Assembly: GCA_964057225.1 (NCBI GenBank)
Contig: OZ059900.1
Span: forward strand, 13,392,001-13,456,000
Source of the DNA: Auanema rhodensis
Lineage: Eukaryota > Animalia > Nematoda
Length of the DNA: 64,000 nt
Direction: 5' to 3'
Shown: positions 41,005-56,488 of the stretch, piece by piece
How the letters are laid out: the number at the start of each line of letters is the position of its first letter
How positions within the stretch are numbered: position 1 is the stretch's first letter
The notes under the pieces: generated by a model
Told to the model about the DNA's origin: nothing
Database searches by the model: none
What the model saw: only the letters and a program-made list of their open reading frames with translations
Made by a program: the position numbers and the translations under genes

Positions 41005-44000
41005 ATGACACTATAGATGCCAAAGCAAAACAAATTTGAATATGAACATGACGCGTCTTTTACATTATAGTTTGACCGGATAAAGCTTTGTATAGCTTTG
41101 TACACTGATCACATATACGGCGATAGGCTAGAACAGTTCATAAGTTTCCTGGATAGATTTGGTTTAATTACCCAAGTTAGAGGTAGTATCTCAATCTAAC
41201 CAGAGAACTTCTGAGTTGGAAATACATTTTGGAAAGCACACCATGAGTGTGCAATATTGAAAACTGTCTGTCTTAGTATGATTATATGACACTATAGATG
41301 CCAAAGCAAAACAAATTTGAATATGAACATGACGCGTCTTTTACATTATAGTTTGACCGGATAAAGCTTTGTATAGCTTTGTACACTGATCACATATACG
41401 GCGAGAGGCTAGAACAGTTTATAAGTTTCCTGAATAGATTTGGTTTAATTACCCAAGTTAGAGGTAGTATCTCAATCTAACCAGAGAACTTCTGAGTTGG
41501 AAATACATTTTGGAAAGCACACCATGAGTGTGCAATATTAAAAACTGTCTGTCTTAGTATGATTATATGACACTATAGATGCCAAAGCAAAACAAATTTG
41601 AATATGAACATGACGCGTCTTTTACATTATAGTTTGACCGGATAAAGCTTTGTATAGCTTTGTATAGCTTTGTACACTGATCACATATACGGCGAGAGGC
41701 TAGAACAGTTTATAAGTTTCCTGAATAGATTTGGTTTAATTACCCAAGTTAGAGGTAGTATCTCAATCTAACCAGAGAACTTCTGAGTTGGAAATACATT
41801 TTGGAAAGCACACCATGAGTGTGCAATATTAAAAACTGTCTGTCTTAGTATGATTATATGACACTATAGATGCCAAAGCAAAACAAATTTGAATATGAAC
41901 ATGACGCGTCTTTTACATTATAGTTTGACCGGATAAAGCTTTGTATAGCTTTGTACACTGATCACATATACGGCGATAGGCTAGAACAGTTCATAAGTTT
42001 CCTGGATAGATTTGGTTTAATTACCCAAGTTAGAGGTAGTATCTCAATCTAACCAGAGAACTTCTGAGTTGGAAATACATTTTGGAAAGCACACCATGAG
42101 TGTGCAATATTGAAAACTGTCTGTCTTAGTATGATTATATGACACTATAGATGCCAAAGCAAAACAAATTTGAATATGAACATGACGCGTCTTTTACATT
42201 ATAGTTTGACCGGATAAAGCTTTGTATAGCTTTGTACACTGATCACATATACGGCGAGAGGCTAGAACAGTTTATAAGTTTCCTGAATAGATTTGGTTTA
42301 ATTACCCAAGTTAGAGGTAGTATCTCAATCTAACCAGAGAACTTCTGAGTTGGAAATACATTTTGGAAAGCACACCATGAGTGTGCAATATTAAAAACTG
42401 TCTGTCTTAGTATGATTATATGACACTATAGATGCCAAAGCAAAACAAATTTGAATATGAACATGACGCGTCTTTTACATTATAGTTTGACCGGATAAAG
42501 CTTTGTATAGCTTTGTACACTGATCACATATACGGCGATAGGCTAGAACAGTTCATAAGTTTCCTGGATAGATTTGGTTTAATTACCCAAGTTAGAGGTA
42601 GTATCTCAATCTAACCAGAGAACTTCTGAGTTGGAAATACATTTTGGAAAGCACACCATGAGTGTGCAATATTAAAAACTGTCTGTCTTAGTATGATTAT
42701 ATGACACTATAGATGCCAAAGCAAAACAAATTTGAATATGAACATGACGCGTCTTTTACATTATAGTTTGACCGGATAAAGCTTTGTATAGCTTTGTATA
42801 GCTTTGTACACTGATCACATATACGGCGAGAGGCTAGAACAGTTTATAAGTTTCCTGAATAGATTTGGTTTAATTACCCAAGTTAGAGGTAGTATCTCAA
42901 TCTAACCAGAGAACTTCTGAGTTGGAAATACATTTTGGAAAGCACACCATGAGTGTGCAATATTGAAAACTGTCTGTCTTAGTATGATTATATGACACTA
43001 TAGATGCCAAAGCAAAACAAATTTGAATATGAACATGACGCGTCTTTTACATTATAGTTTGACCGGATAAAGCTTTGTATAGCTTTGTACACTGAACACA
43101 TATACGGCGATAGGATAGAACAGTTCATAAGTTTCCTGGATAGATTTGGTTTAATTACCCAAGTTAGAGGTAGTATCTCAATCTAACCAGAGAACTTCTG
43201 AGTTGGAAATTCATTTTGGAAAGCACACCATGAGTGTGCAATATTGAAAACTGTCTGTCTTAGTATGATTATATGACACTATAGATGCCAAAGCAAAACA
43301 AATTTGAATATGAACATGACGCGTCTTTTACATTATACTTTGACCGGATAAAGCTTTGGATAGCTTTGTACACTGATCACATATACGGCGATAGGCTAGA
43401 ACAGTTTATAAGTTTCCTGAATAGATTTGGTTTAATTACCCAAGTTAGAGGTAGTATCTTAATCTAACCAGAGAACTTCTGAGTTGGAAATACATTTTGG
43501 AAAGCACACCATGAGTGTGCAATATTGAAAACTGTCTGTCTTAGTATGATTATATGACACTATAGATGCCAAAGCAAAACAAATTTGAATATGAACATGA
43601 CGCGTCTTTTACATTATACTTTGACCGGATAAAGCTTTGGATAGCTTTGTACACTGATCACATATACGGCGATAGGCTAGAACAGTTTATAAGTTTCCTG
43701 AATAGATTTGGTTTAATTACCAAAGTTAGAGGTAGTATCTCAATCTAACCAGAGAACTTCTGAGTTGGAAATACATTTTGGAAAGCACACCATGAGTGTG
43801 CAATATTAAAAACTGTCTGTCTTAGTATGATTATATGACACTATAGATGCCAAAGCAAAACAAATTTGAATATGAACATGACGCGTCTTTTACATTATAG
43901 TTTGACCGGATAAAGCTTTGTATAGCTTTGTACACTGATCACATATACGGCGAGAGGCTAGAACAGTTTATAAGTTTCCTGAATAGATTTGGTTTAATTA

Positions 44001-44968
44001 CCCAAGTTAGAGGTAGTATCTCAATCTAACCAGAGAACTTCTGAGTTGGAAATACATTTTGGAAAGCACACCATGAGTGTGCAATATTGAAAACTGTCTG
44101 TCTTAGTATGATTATATGACACTATAGATGCCAAAGCAAAACAAATTTGAATATGAACATGACGCGTCTTTTACATTATAGTTTGACCGGATAAAGCTTT
44201 GTATAGCTTTGTACACTGATCACATATACGGCGAGAGGCTAGAACAGTTTATAAGTTTCCTGAATAGATTTGGTTTAATTACCCAAGTTAGAGGTAGTAT
44301 CTCAATCTAACCAGAGAACTTCTGAGTTGGAAATACATTTTGGAAAGCACACCATGAGTGTGCAATATTGAAAACTGTCTGTCTTAGTATGATTATATGA
44401 CACTATAGATGCCAAAGCAAAACAAATTTGAATATGAACATGACGCGTCTTTTACATTATAGTTTGACCGGATAAAGCTTTGTATAGCTTTGTACACTGA
44501 TCACATATACGGCGAGAGGCTAGAACAGTTTATAAGTTTCCTGAATAGATTTGGTTTAATTACCCAAGTTAGAGGTAGTATCTCAATCTAACCAGAGAAC
44601 TTCTGAGTTGGAAATACATTTTGGAAAGCACACCATGAGTGTGCAATATTAAAAACTGTCTGTCTTAGTATGATTATATGACACTATAGATGCCAAAGCA
44701 AAACAAATTTGAATATGAACATGACGCGTCTTTTACATTATAGTTTGACCGGATAAAGCTTTGTATAGCTTTGTATAGCTTTGTACACTGATCACATATA
44801 CGGCGAGAGGCTAGAACAGTTTATAAGTTTCCTGAATAGATTTGGTTTAATTACCCAAGTTAGAGGTAGTATCTCAATCTAACCAGAGAACTTCTGAGTT
44901 GGAAATACATTTTGGAAAGCACACCATGAGTGTGCAATATTGAAAACTGTCTGTCTTAGTATGATTAT

Positions 44969-46674
44969 ATGACACTATAGATGCCAAAGCAAAACAAATT
45001 TGAATATGAACATGACGCGTCTTTTACATTATAGTTTGACCGGATAAAGCTTTGTATAGCTTTGTACACTGAACACATATACGGCGATAGGATAGAACAG
45101 TTCATAAGTTTCCTGGATAGATTTGGTTTAATTACCCAAGTTAGAGGTAGTATCTCAATCTAACCAGAGAACTTCTGAGTTGGAAATTCATTTTGGAAAG
45201 CACACCATGAGTGTGCAATATTGAAAACTGTCTGTCTTAGTATGATTATATGACACTATAGATGCCAAAGCAAAACAAATTTGAATATGAACATGACGCG
45301 TCTTTTACATTATACTTTGACCGGATAAAGCTTTGGATAGCTTTGTACACTGATCACATATACGGCGATAGGCTAGAACAGTTTATAAGTTTCCTGAATA
45401 GATTTGGTTTAATTACCCAAGTTAGAGGTAGTATCTTAATCTAACCAGAGAACTTCTGAGTTGGAAATACATTTTGGAAAGCACACCATGAGTGTGCAAT
45501 ATTGAAAACTGTCTGTCTTAGTATGATTATATGACACTATAGATGCCAAAGCAAAACAAATTTGAATATGAACATGACGCGTCTTTAACATTATAGTTTG
45601 ACCGGATAAAGCTTTGTATAGCTTTGTATAGCTTTGTACACTGATCACATATACGGCGAGAGGCTAGAACAGTTTATAAGTTTCCTGAATAGATTTGGTT
45701 TAATTACCCAAGTTAGAGGTAGTATCTCAATCTAACCAGAGAACTTCTGAGTTGGAAATACATTTTGGAAAGCACACCATGAGTGTGCAATATTAAAAAC
45801 TGTCTGTCTTAGTATGATTATATGACACTATAGATGCCAAAGCAAAACAAATTTGAATATGAACATGACGCGTCTTTTACATTATAGTTTGACCGGATAA
45901 AGCTTTGTATAGCTTTGTACACTGAACACATATACGGCGATAGGATAGAACAGTTCATAAGTTTCCTGGATAGATTTGGTTTAATTACCCAAGTTAGAGG
46001 TAGTATCTCAATCTAACCAGAGAACTTCTGAGTTGGAAATTCATTTTGGAAAGCACACCATGAGTGTGCAATATTGAAAACTGTCTGTCTTAGTATGATT
46101 ATATGACACTATAGATGCCAAAGCAAAACAAATTTGAATATGAACATGACGCGTCTTTTACATTATACTTTGACCGGATAAAGCTTTGGATAGCTTTGTA
46201 CACTGATCACATATACGGCGATAGGCTAGAACAGTTTATAAGTTTCCTGAATAGATTTGGTTTAATTACCCAAGTTAGAGGTAGTATCTTAATCTAACCA
46301 GAGAACTTCTGAGTTGGAAATACATTTTGGAAAGCACACCATGAGTGTGCAATATTGAAAACTGTCTGTCTTAGTATGATTATATGACACTATAGATGCC
46401 AAAGCAAAACAAATTTGAATATGAACATGACGCGTCTTTAACATTATAGTTTGACCGGATAAAGCTTTGTATAGCTTTGTATAGCTTTGTACACTGATCA
46501 CATATACGGCGAGAGGCTAGAACAGTTTATAAGTTTCCTGAATAGATTTGGTTTAATTACCCAAGTTAGAGGTAGTATCTCAATCTAACCAGAGAACTTC
46601 TGAGTTGGAAATACATTTTGGAAAGCACACCATGAGTGTGCAATATTAAAAACTGTCTGTCTTAGTATGATTAT
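44969..46674 (+). repeat. 3-monomer higher-order repeat (853 bp), two copies; a related 853-bp period recurs at 47247/48100
   Basis: A CTGAACAC/AGGATAGA monomer, a CTTTGGATAG monomer and a CTTTAACA monomer repeat in the same order. ORF starts 45262/46115 and 47259/48112 differ by 853. Confidence 0.85.
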
Positions 46675-49600
46675 ATGACACTATAGATGCCAAAGCAAAA
46701 CAAATTTGAATATGAACATGACGCGTCTTTTACATTATAGTTTGACCGGATAAAGCTTTGTATAGCTTTGTATAGCTTTGTACACTGATCACATATACGG
46801 CGAGAGGCTAGAACAGTTTATAAGTTTCCTGAATAGATTTGGTTTAATTACCCAAGTTAGAGCTAGTATCTCAATCTAACCAGAGAACTTCTGAGTTGGA
46901 AATACATTTTGGAAAGCACACCATGAGTGTGCAATATTAAAAACTGTCTGTCTTAGTATGATTATATGACACTATAGATGCCAAAGCAAAACAAATTTGA
47001 ATATGAACATGACGCGTCTTTTACATTATAGTTTGACCGGATAAAGCTTTGTATAGCTTTGTACACTGATCACATATACGGCGATAGGCTAGAACAGTTC
47101 ATAAGTTTCCTGGATAGATTTGGTTTAATTACCCAAGTTAGAGGTAGTATCTCAATCTAACCAGAGAACTTCTGAGTTGGAAATTCATTTTGGAAAGCAC
47201 ACCATGAGTGTGCAATATTGAAAACTGTCTGTCTTAGTATGATTATATGACACTATAGATGCCAAAGCAAAACAAATTTGAATATGAACATGACGCGTCT
47301 TTTACATTATACTTTGACCGGATAAAGCTTTGGATAGCTTTGTACACTGAACACATATACGGCGATAGGCTAGAACAGTTCATAAGTTTCCTGGATAGAT
47401 TTGGTTTAATTACCCAAGTTAGAGGTAGTATCTCAATCTAACCAGAGAACTTCTGAGTTGGAAATTCATTTTGGAAAGCACACCATGAGTGTGCAATATT
47501 GAAAACTGTCTGTCTTAGTATGATTATATGACACTATAGATGCCAAAGCAAAACAAATTTGAATATGAACATGACGCGTCTTTAACATTATAGTTTGACC
47601 GGATAAAGCTTTGTATAGCTTTGTATAGCTTTGTACACTGATCACATATACGGCGATAGGCTAGAACAGTTCATAAGTTTCCTGAATAGATTTGGTTTAA
47701 TTACCCAAGTTAGAGGTAGTATCTCAATCTAACCAGAGAACTTCGGAGTTGGAAATACATTTTGGAAAGCACACCACGAGTGTGCAATATTGAAAACTGT
47801 CTGTCTTAGTATGATTATATGACACTATAGATGCCAAAGCAAAACAAATTTGAATATGAACATGACGCGTCTTTTACATTATACTTTGACCGGATAAAGC
47901 TTTGGATAGCTTTGTACACTGATCACATATACGGCGATAGGCTAGAACAGTTCATAAGTTTCCTGAATAGATTTGGTTTAATTACCCAAGTTAGAGGTAG
48001 TATCTCAATCTAACCAGAGAACTTCTGAGTTGGAAATTCATTTTGGAAAGCACACCATGAGTGTGCAATATTGAAAACTGTCTGTCTTAGTATGATTATA
48101 TGACACTATAGATGCCAAAGCAAAACAAATTTGAATATGAACATGACGCGTCTTTTACATTATACTTTGACCGGATAAAGCTTTGGATAGCTTTGTACAC
48201 TGAACACATATACGGCGATAGGCTAGAACAGTTCATAAGTTTCCTGGATAGATTTGGTTTAATTACCCAAGTTAGAGGTAGTATCTCAATCTAACCAGAG
48301 AACTTCTGAGTTGGAAATTCATTTTGGAAAGCACACCATGAGTGTGCAATATTGAAAACTGTCTGTCTTAGTATGATTATATGACACTATAGATGCCAAA
48401 GCAAAACAAATTTGAATATGAACATGACGCGTCTTTAACATTATAGTTTGACCGGATAAAGCTTTGTATAGCTTTGTATAGCTTTGTACACTGATCACAT
48501 ATACGGCGATAGGCTAGAACAGTTCATAAGTTTCCTGAATAGATTTGGTTTAATTACCCAAGTTAGAGGTAGTATCTCAATCTAACCAGAGAACTTCTGA
48601 GTTGGAAATACATTTTGGAAAGCACACCATGAGTGTGCAATATTGAAAACTGTCTGTCTTAGTATGATTATATGACACTATAGATGCCAAAGCAAAACAA
48701 ATTTGAATATGAACATGACGCGTCTTTTACATTATAGTTTGACCGGATAAAGCTTTGTATAGCTTTGTATAGCTTTGTACAATGATCACATATACGGCGA
48801 TAGGCTAGAACAGTTCATAAGTTTCCTGAATAGATTTGGTTTAATTACCCAAGTTAGAGGTAGTATCTCAATCTAACCAGAGAACTTCTGAGTTGGAAAT
48901 TCATTTTGGAAAGCACACCATGAGTGTGCAATATTGAAAACTGTCTGTCTTAGTATGATTATATGACACTATAGATGCCAAAGCAAAACAAATTTGAATA
49001 TGAACATGACGCGTCTTTTACATTATAGTTTGACCGGATAAAGCTTTGTATAGCTTTGTATAGCTTTGTACAATGATCACATATACGGCGATAGGCTAGA
49101 ACAGTTCATAAGTTTCCTGAATAGATTTGGTTTAATTACCCAAGTTAGAGGTAGTATCTCAATCTAACCAGAGAACTTCTGAGTTGGAAATACATTTTGG
49201 AAAGCACACCATGAGTGTGCAATATTGAAAACTGTCTGTCTTAGTATGATTATATGACACTATAGATGCCAAAGCAAAACAATTTTGAATATGAACATGA
49301 CGCGTCTTTTACATTATAGTTTGACCGGATAAAGCTTTGTATAGCTTTGTATAGCTTTGTACACTGATCACATATACGGCGATAGGCTAGAACAGTTCAT
49401 AAGTTTCCTGGATAGATTTGGTTTAATTACCCAAGTTAGAGGTAGTATCTCAATCTAACCAGAGAACTTCTGAGTTGGAAATACATTTTGGAAAGCACAC
49501 CATGAGTGTGCAATATTGAAAACTGTCTGTCTTAGTATGATTATATGACACTATAGATGCCAAAGCAAAACAATTTTGAATATGAACATGACGCGTCTTT

Positions 49601-52600
49601 TACATTATAGTTTGACCGGATAAAGCTTTGTATAGCTTTGTATAGCTTTGTACACTGATCACATATACGGCGATAGGCTAGAACAGTTCATAAGTTTCCT
49701 GGATAGATTTGGTTTAATTACCCAAGTTAGAGGTAGTATCTCAATCTAACCAGAGAACTTCTGAGTTGGAAATACATTTTGGAAAGCACACCATGAGTGT
49801 GCAATATTGAAAACTGTCTGTCTTAGTATGATTATATGACACTATAGATGCCAAAGCAAAACAAATTTGAATATGAACATGACGCGTCTTTTACATTATA
49901 GTTTGACCGGATAAAGCTTTGTATAGCTTTGTATAGCTTAGTACACTGATCACATATACGGCGATAGGCTAGAACAGTTCATAAGTTTCCTGGATAGATT
50001 TGGTTTAATTACCCAAGTTAGAGGTAGTATCTCAATCTAACCAGAGAACTTCTGAGTTGGAAATACATTTTGGAAAGCACACCATGAGTGTGCAATATTG
50101 AAAACTGTCTGTCTTAGTATGATTATATGACACTATAGATGCCAAAGCAAAACAAATTTGAATATGAACATGACGCGTCTTTTACATTATAGTTTGACCG
50201 GATAAAGCTTTGTATAGCTTTGTACACTGATCACATATACGGCGATAGGCTAGAACAGTTCATAAGTTTCCTGGATAGATTTGGTTTAATTACCCAAGTT
50301 AGAGGTAGTATCTCAATCTAACCAGAGAACTTCTGAGTTGGAAATACATTTTGGAAAGCACACCATGAGTGTGCAATATTGAAAACTGTCTGTCTTAGTA
50401 TGATTATATGACACTATAGATGCCAAAGCAAAACAAATTTGAATATGAACATGACGCGTCTTTTACATTATAGTTTGACCGGATAAAGCTTTGTATAGCT
50501 TTCTATAGCTTTGTACACTGATCACATATACGGCGATAGGCTAGAACAGTTCATAAGTTTCCTGGATAGATTTGGTTTAATTACCCAAGTTAGAGGTAGT
50601 ATCTCAATCTAACCAGAGAACTTCTGAGTTGGAAATACATTTTGGAAAGCACACCATGAGTGTGCAATACTGAAAACTGTCTGTCTTAGTATGATTATAT
50701 GACACTATAGATGCCAAAGCAAAACAAATTTGAATATGAACATGACGCGTCTTTTACATTATAGTTTGACCGGATAAAGCTTTGTATAGCTTTGTACACT
50801 GATCACATATATGGCGATAGGCTAGAACAGTTCATAAGTTTCCTGGATAGATTTGGTTTAATTACCCAAGTTAGAGGTAGTATCTCAATCTAACCAGAGA
50901 ACTTCTGAGTTGGAAATACATTTTGGAAAGCACACCATGAGTGTGCAATATTGAAAACTGTCTGTCTTAGTATGATTATATGACACTATAGATGCCAAAG
51001 CAAAACAAATTTGAATATGAACATGACGCGTCTTTTACATTATAGTTTGACCGGATAAAGCTTTGTATAGCTTTGTATAGCTTTGTACACTGATCACATA
51101 TACGGCGATAGGCTAGAACAGTTCATAAGTTTCCTGGATAGATTTGGTTTAATTACCCAAGTTAGAGGTAGTATCTCAATCTAACCAGAGAACTTCTGAG
51201 TTGGAAATACATTTTGGAAAGCACACCATGAGTGTGCAATATTGAAAAGTGTCTGTCTTAGTATGATTATAGGACACTATAGATGCCAAAGCAAAACAAA
51301 TTTGAATATGAACATGACGCGTCTTTTACATTATAGTTTGACCGGATAAAGCTTTGTATAGCTTTGTATAGCTTTGTACACTGATCACATATACGGCGAT
51401 AGGCTAGAACAGTTCATAAGTTTCCTGAATAGATTTGGTTTAATTACCCAAGTTAGAGGTAGTATCTCAATCTAACCAGAGAACTTCTGAGTTGGAAATA
51501 CATTTTGGAAAGCACACCATGAGTGTGCAATATTGAAAACTGTCTGTCTTAGTATGATTATATGACACTATAGATGCCAAAGCAAAACAAATTTGAATAT
51601 GAACATGACGCGTCTTTAACATTATAGTTTGACCGGATAAAGCTTTGTATAGCTTTGTATAGCTTTGTACACTGATCACATATACGGCGATAGGCTAGAA
51701 CAGTTCATAAGTTTCCTGAATAGATTTGGTTTAATTACCCAAGTTAGAGGTAGTATCTCAGTCTAACCAGAGAACTTCGGAGTTGGAAATACATTTTGGA
51801 AAGCACACCACGAGTGTGCAATATTGAAAACTGTCTGTCTTAGTATGATTATATGACACTATAGATGCCAAAGCAAAACAAATTTGAATATGAACATGAC
51901 GCGTCTTTTACATTATAGTTTGACCGGATAAAGCTTTGTATAGCTTTGTATAGCTTTGTACAATGATCACATATACGGCGATAGGCTAGAACAGTTCATA
52001 AGTTTCCTGAATAGATTTGGTTTAATTACCCAAGTTAGAGGTAGTATCTCAATCTAACCAGAGAACTTCTGAGTTGGAAATACATTTTGGAAAGCACACC
52101 ATGAGTGTGCAATATTGAAAACTGTCTGTCTTAGTATGATTATATGACACTATAGATGCCAAAGCAAAACAATTTTGAATATGAACATGACGCGTCTTTT
52201 ACATTATAGTTTGACCGGATAAAGCTTTGTATAGCTTTGTATAGCTTTGTACACTGATCACATATACGGCGATAGGCTAGAACAGTTCATAAGTTTCCTG
52301 GATAGATTTGGTTTAATTACCCAAGTTAGAGGTAGTATCTCAATCTAACCAGAGAACTTCTGAGTTGGAAATACATTTTGGAAAGCACACCATGAGTGTG
52401 CAATATTGAAAACTGTCTGTCTTAGTATGATTATATGACACTATAGATGCCAAAGCAAAACAAATTTGAATATGAACATGACGCGTCTTTTACATTATAG
52501 TTTGACCGGATAAAGCTTTGTATAGCTTTGTATAGCTTTGTACACTGATCACATATACGGCGATAGGCTAGAACAGTTCATAAGTTTCCTGGATAGATTT

Positions 52601-55600
52601 GGTTTAATTACCCAAGTTAGAGGTAGTATCTCAATCTAACCAGAGAACTTCTGAGTTGGAAATACATTTTGGAAAGCACACCATGAGTGTGCAATATTGA
52701 AAACTGTCTGTCTTAGTATGATTATATGACACTATAGATGCCAAAGCAAAACAAATTTGAATATGAACATGACGCGTCTTTTACATTATAGTTTGACCGG
52801 ATAAAGCTTTGTATAGCTTTGTACACTGATCACATATATGGCGATAGGCTAGAACAGTTCATAAGTTTCCTGGATAGATTTGGTTTAATTACCCAAGTTA
52901 GAGGTAGTATCTCAATCTAACCAGAGAACTTCTGAGTTGGAAATACATTTTGGAAAGCACACCATGAGTGTGCAATATTGAAAACTGTCTGTCTTAGTAT
53001 GATTATATGACACTATAGATGCCAAAGCAAAACAAATTTGAATATGAACATGACGCGTCTTTTACATTATAGTTTGACCGGATAAAGCTTTGTATAGCTT
53101 TGTATAGCTTTGTACACTGATCACATATACGGCGATAGGCTAGAACAGTTCATAAGTTTCCTGGATAGATTTGGTTTAATTACCCAAGTTAGAGGTAGTA
53201 TCTCAATCTAACCAGAGAACTTCTGAGTTGGAAATACATTTTGGAAAGCACACCATGAGTGTGCAATATTGAAAACTGTCTGTCTTAGTATGATTATAGG
53301 ACACTATAGATGCCAAAGCAAAACAAATTTGAATATGAACATGACGCGTCTTTTACATTATAGTTTGACCGGATAAAGCTTTGTATAGCTTTGTATAGCT
53401 TTGTACACTGATCACATATACGGCGATAGGCTAGAACAGTTCATAAGTTTCCTGAATAGATTTGGTTTAATTACCCAAGTTAGAGGTAGTATCTCAATCT
53501 AACCAGAGAACTTCTGAGTTGGAAATACATTTTGGAAAGCACACCATGAGTGTGCAATATTGAAAACTGTCTGTCTTAGTATGATTATATGACACTATAG
53601 ATGCCAAAGCAAAACAAATTTGAATATGAACATGACGCGTCTTTAACATTATAGTTTGACCGGATAAAGCTTTGTATAGCTTTGTATAGCTTTGTACACT
53701 GATCACATATACGGCGATAGGCTAGAACAGTTCATAAGTTTCCTGGATAGATTTGGTTTAATTACCCAAGTTAGAGGTAGTATCTCAATCTAACCAGAGA
53801 ACTTCTGAGTTGGAAATACATTTTGGAAAGCACACCATGAGTGTGCAATATTGAAAACTGTCTGTCTTAGTATGATTATATGACACTATAGATGCCAAAG
53901 CAAAACAAATTTGAATATGAACATGACGCGTCTTTAACATTATAGTTTGACCGGATAAAGCTTTGTATAGCTTTGTATAGCTTTGTACACTGATCACATA
54001 TACGGCGATAGGCTAGAACAGTTCATAAGTTTCCTGGATAGATTTGGTTTAATTACCCAAGTTAGAGGTAGTATCTCAATCTAACCAGAGAACTTCTGAG
54101 TTGGAAATACATTTTGGAAAGCACACCATGAGTGTGCAATATTGAAAACTGTCTGTCTTAGTATGATTATATGACACTATAGATGCCAAAGCAAAACAAA
54201 TTTGAATATGAACATGACGCGTCTTTAACATTATAGTTTGACCGGATAAAGCTTTGTATAGCTTTGTATAGCTTTGTACACTGATCACATATACGGCGAT
54301 AGGCTAGAACAGTTCATAAGTTTCCTGAATAGATTTGGTTTAATTACCCAAGTTAGAGGTAGTATCTCAATCTAACCAGAGAACTTCTGAGTTGGAAATA
54401 CATTTTGGAAAGCACACCATGAGTGTGCAATATTGAAAACTGTCTGTCTTAGTATGATTATAGGACACTATAGATGCCAAAGCAAAACAAATTTGAATAT
54501 GAACATGACGCGTCTTTTACATTATAGTTTGACCGGATAAAGCTTTGTATAGCTTTGTATAGCTTTGTACACTGATCACATATACGGCGATAGGCTAGAA
54601 CAGTTCATAAGTTTCCTGAATAGATTTGGTTTAATTACCCAAGTTAGAGGTAGTATCTCAATCTAACCAGAGAACTTCTGAGTTGGAAATACATTTTGGA
54701 AAGCACACCATGAGTGTGCAATATTGAAAACTGTCTGTCTTAGTATGATTATATGACACTATAGATGCCAAAGCAAAACAAATTTGAATATGAACATGAC
54801 GCGTCTTTAACATTATAGTTTGACCGGATAAAGCTTTGTATAGCTTTGTATAGCTTTGTACACTGATCACATATACGGCGATAGGCTAGAACAGTTCATA
54901 AGTTTCCTGAATAGATTTGGTTTAATTACCCAAGTTAGAGGTAGTATCTCAGTCTAACCAGAGAACTTCGGAGTTGGAAATACATTTTGGAAAGCACACC
55001 ACGAGTGTGCAATATTGAAAACTGTCTGTCTTAGTATGATTATATGACACTATAGATGCCAAAGCAAAACAAATTTGAATATGAACATGACGCGTCTTTT
55101 ACATTATAGTTTGACCGGATAAAGCTTTGTATAGCTTTGTATAGCTTTGTACAATGATCACATATACGGCGATAGGCTAGAACAGTTCATAAGTTTCCTG
55201 AATAGATTTGGTTTAATTACCCAAGTTAGAGGTAGTATCTCAATCTAACCAGAGAACTTCTGAGTTGGAAATACATTTTGGAAAGCACACCATGAGTGTG
55301 CAATATTGAAAACTGTCTGTCTTAGTATGATTATATGACACTATAGATGCCAAAGCAAAACAAATTTGAATATGAACATGACGCGTCTTTTACATTATAG
55401 TTTGACCGGATAAAGCTTTGTATAGCTTTGTATAGCTTTGTACAATGATCACATATACGGCGATAGGCTAGAACAGTTCATAAGTTTCCTGAATAGATTT
55501 GGTTTAATTACCCAAGTTAGAGGTAGTATCTCAATCTAACCAGAGAACTTCTGAGTTGGAAATACATTTTGGAAAGCACACCATGAGTGTGCAATATTGA

Positions 55601-56488
55601 AAACTGTCTGTCTTAGTATGATTATATGACACTATAGATGCCAAAGCAAAACAATTTTGAATATGAACATGACGCGTCTTTTACATTATAGTTTGACCGG
55701 ATAAAGCTTTGTATAGCTTTGTATAGCTTTGTACACTGATCACATATACGGCGATAGGCTAGAACAGTTCATAAGTTTCCTGGATAGATTTGGTTTAATT
55801 ACCCAAGTTAGAGGTAGTATCTCAATCTAACCAGAGAACTTCTGAGTTGGAAATACATTTTGGAAAGCACACCATGAGTGTGCAATATTGAAAACTGTCT
55901 GTCTTAGTATGATTATATGACACTATAGATGCCAAAGCAAAACAAATTTGAATATGAACATGACGCGTCTTTTACATTATAGTTTGACCGGATAAAGCTT
56001 TGTATAGCTTTGTATAGCTTTGTACACTGATCACATATACGGCGATAGGCTAGAACAGTTCATAAGTTTCCTGGATAGATTTGGTTTAATTACCCAAGTT
56101 AGAGGTAGTATCTCAATCTAACCAGAGAACTTCTGAGTTGGAAATACATTTTGGAAAGCACACCATGAGTGTGCAATATTGAAAACTGTCTGTCTTAGTA
56201 TGATTATATGACACTATAGATGCCAAAGCAAAACAAATTTGAATATGAACATGACGCGTCTTTTACATTATAGTTTGACCGGATAAAGCTTTGTATAGCT
56301 TTGTACACTGATCACATATACGGCGATAGGCTAGAACAGTTCATAAGTTTCCTGGATAGATTTGGTTTAATTACCCAAGTTAGAGGTAGTATCTCAATCT
56401 AACCAGATAACTTCTGAGTTGGAAATACATTTTGGAAAGCACACCATGAGTGTGCAATATTGAAAACTGTCTGTCTTAGTATGATTAT

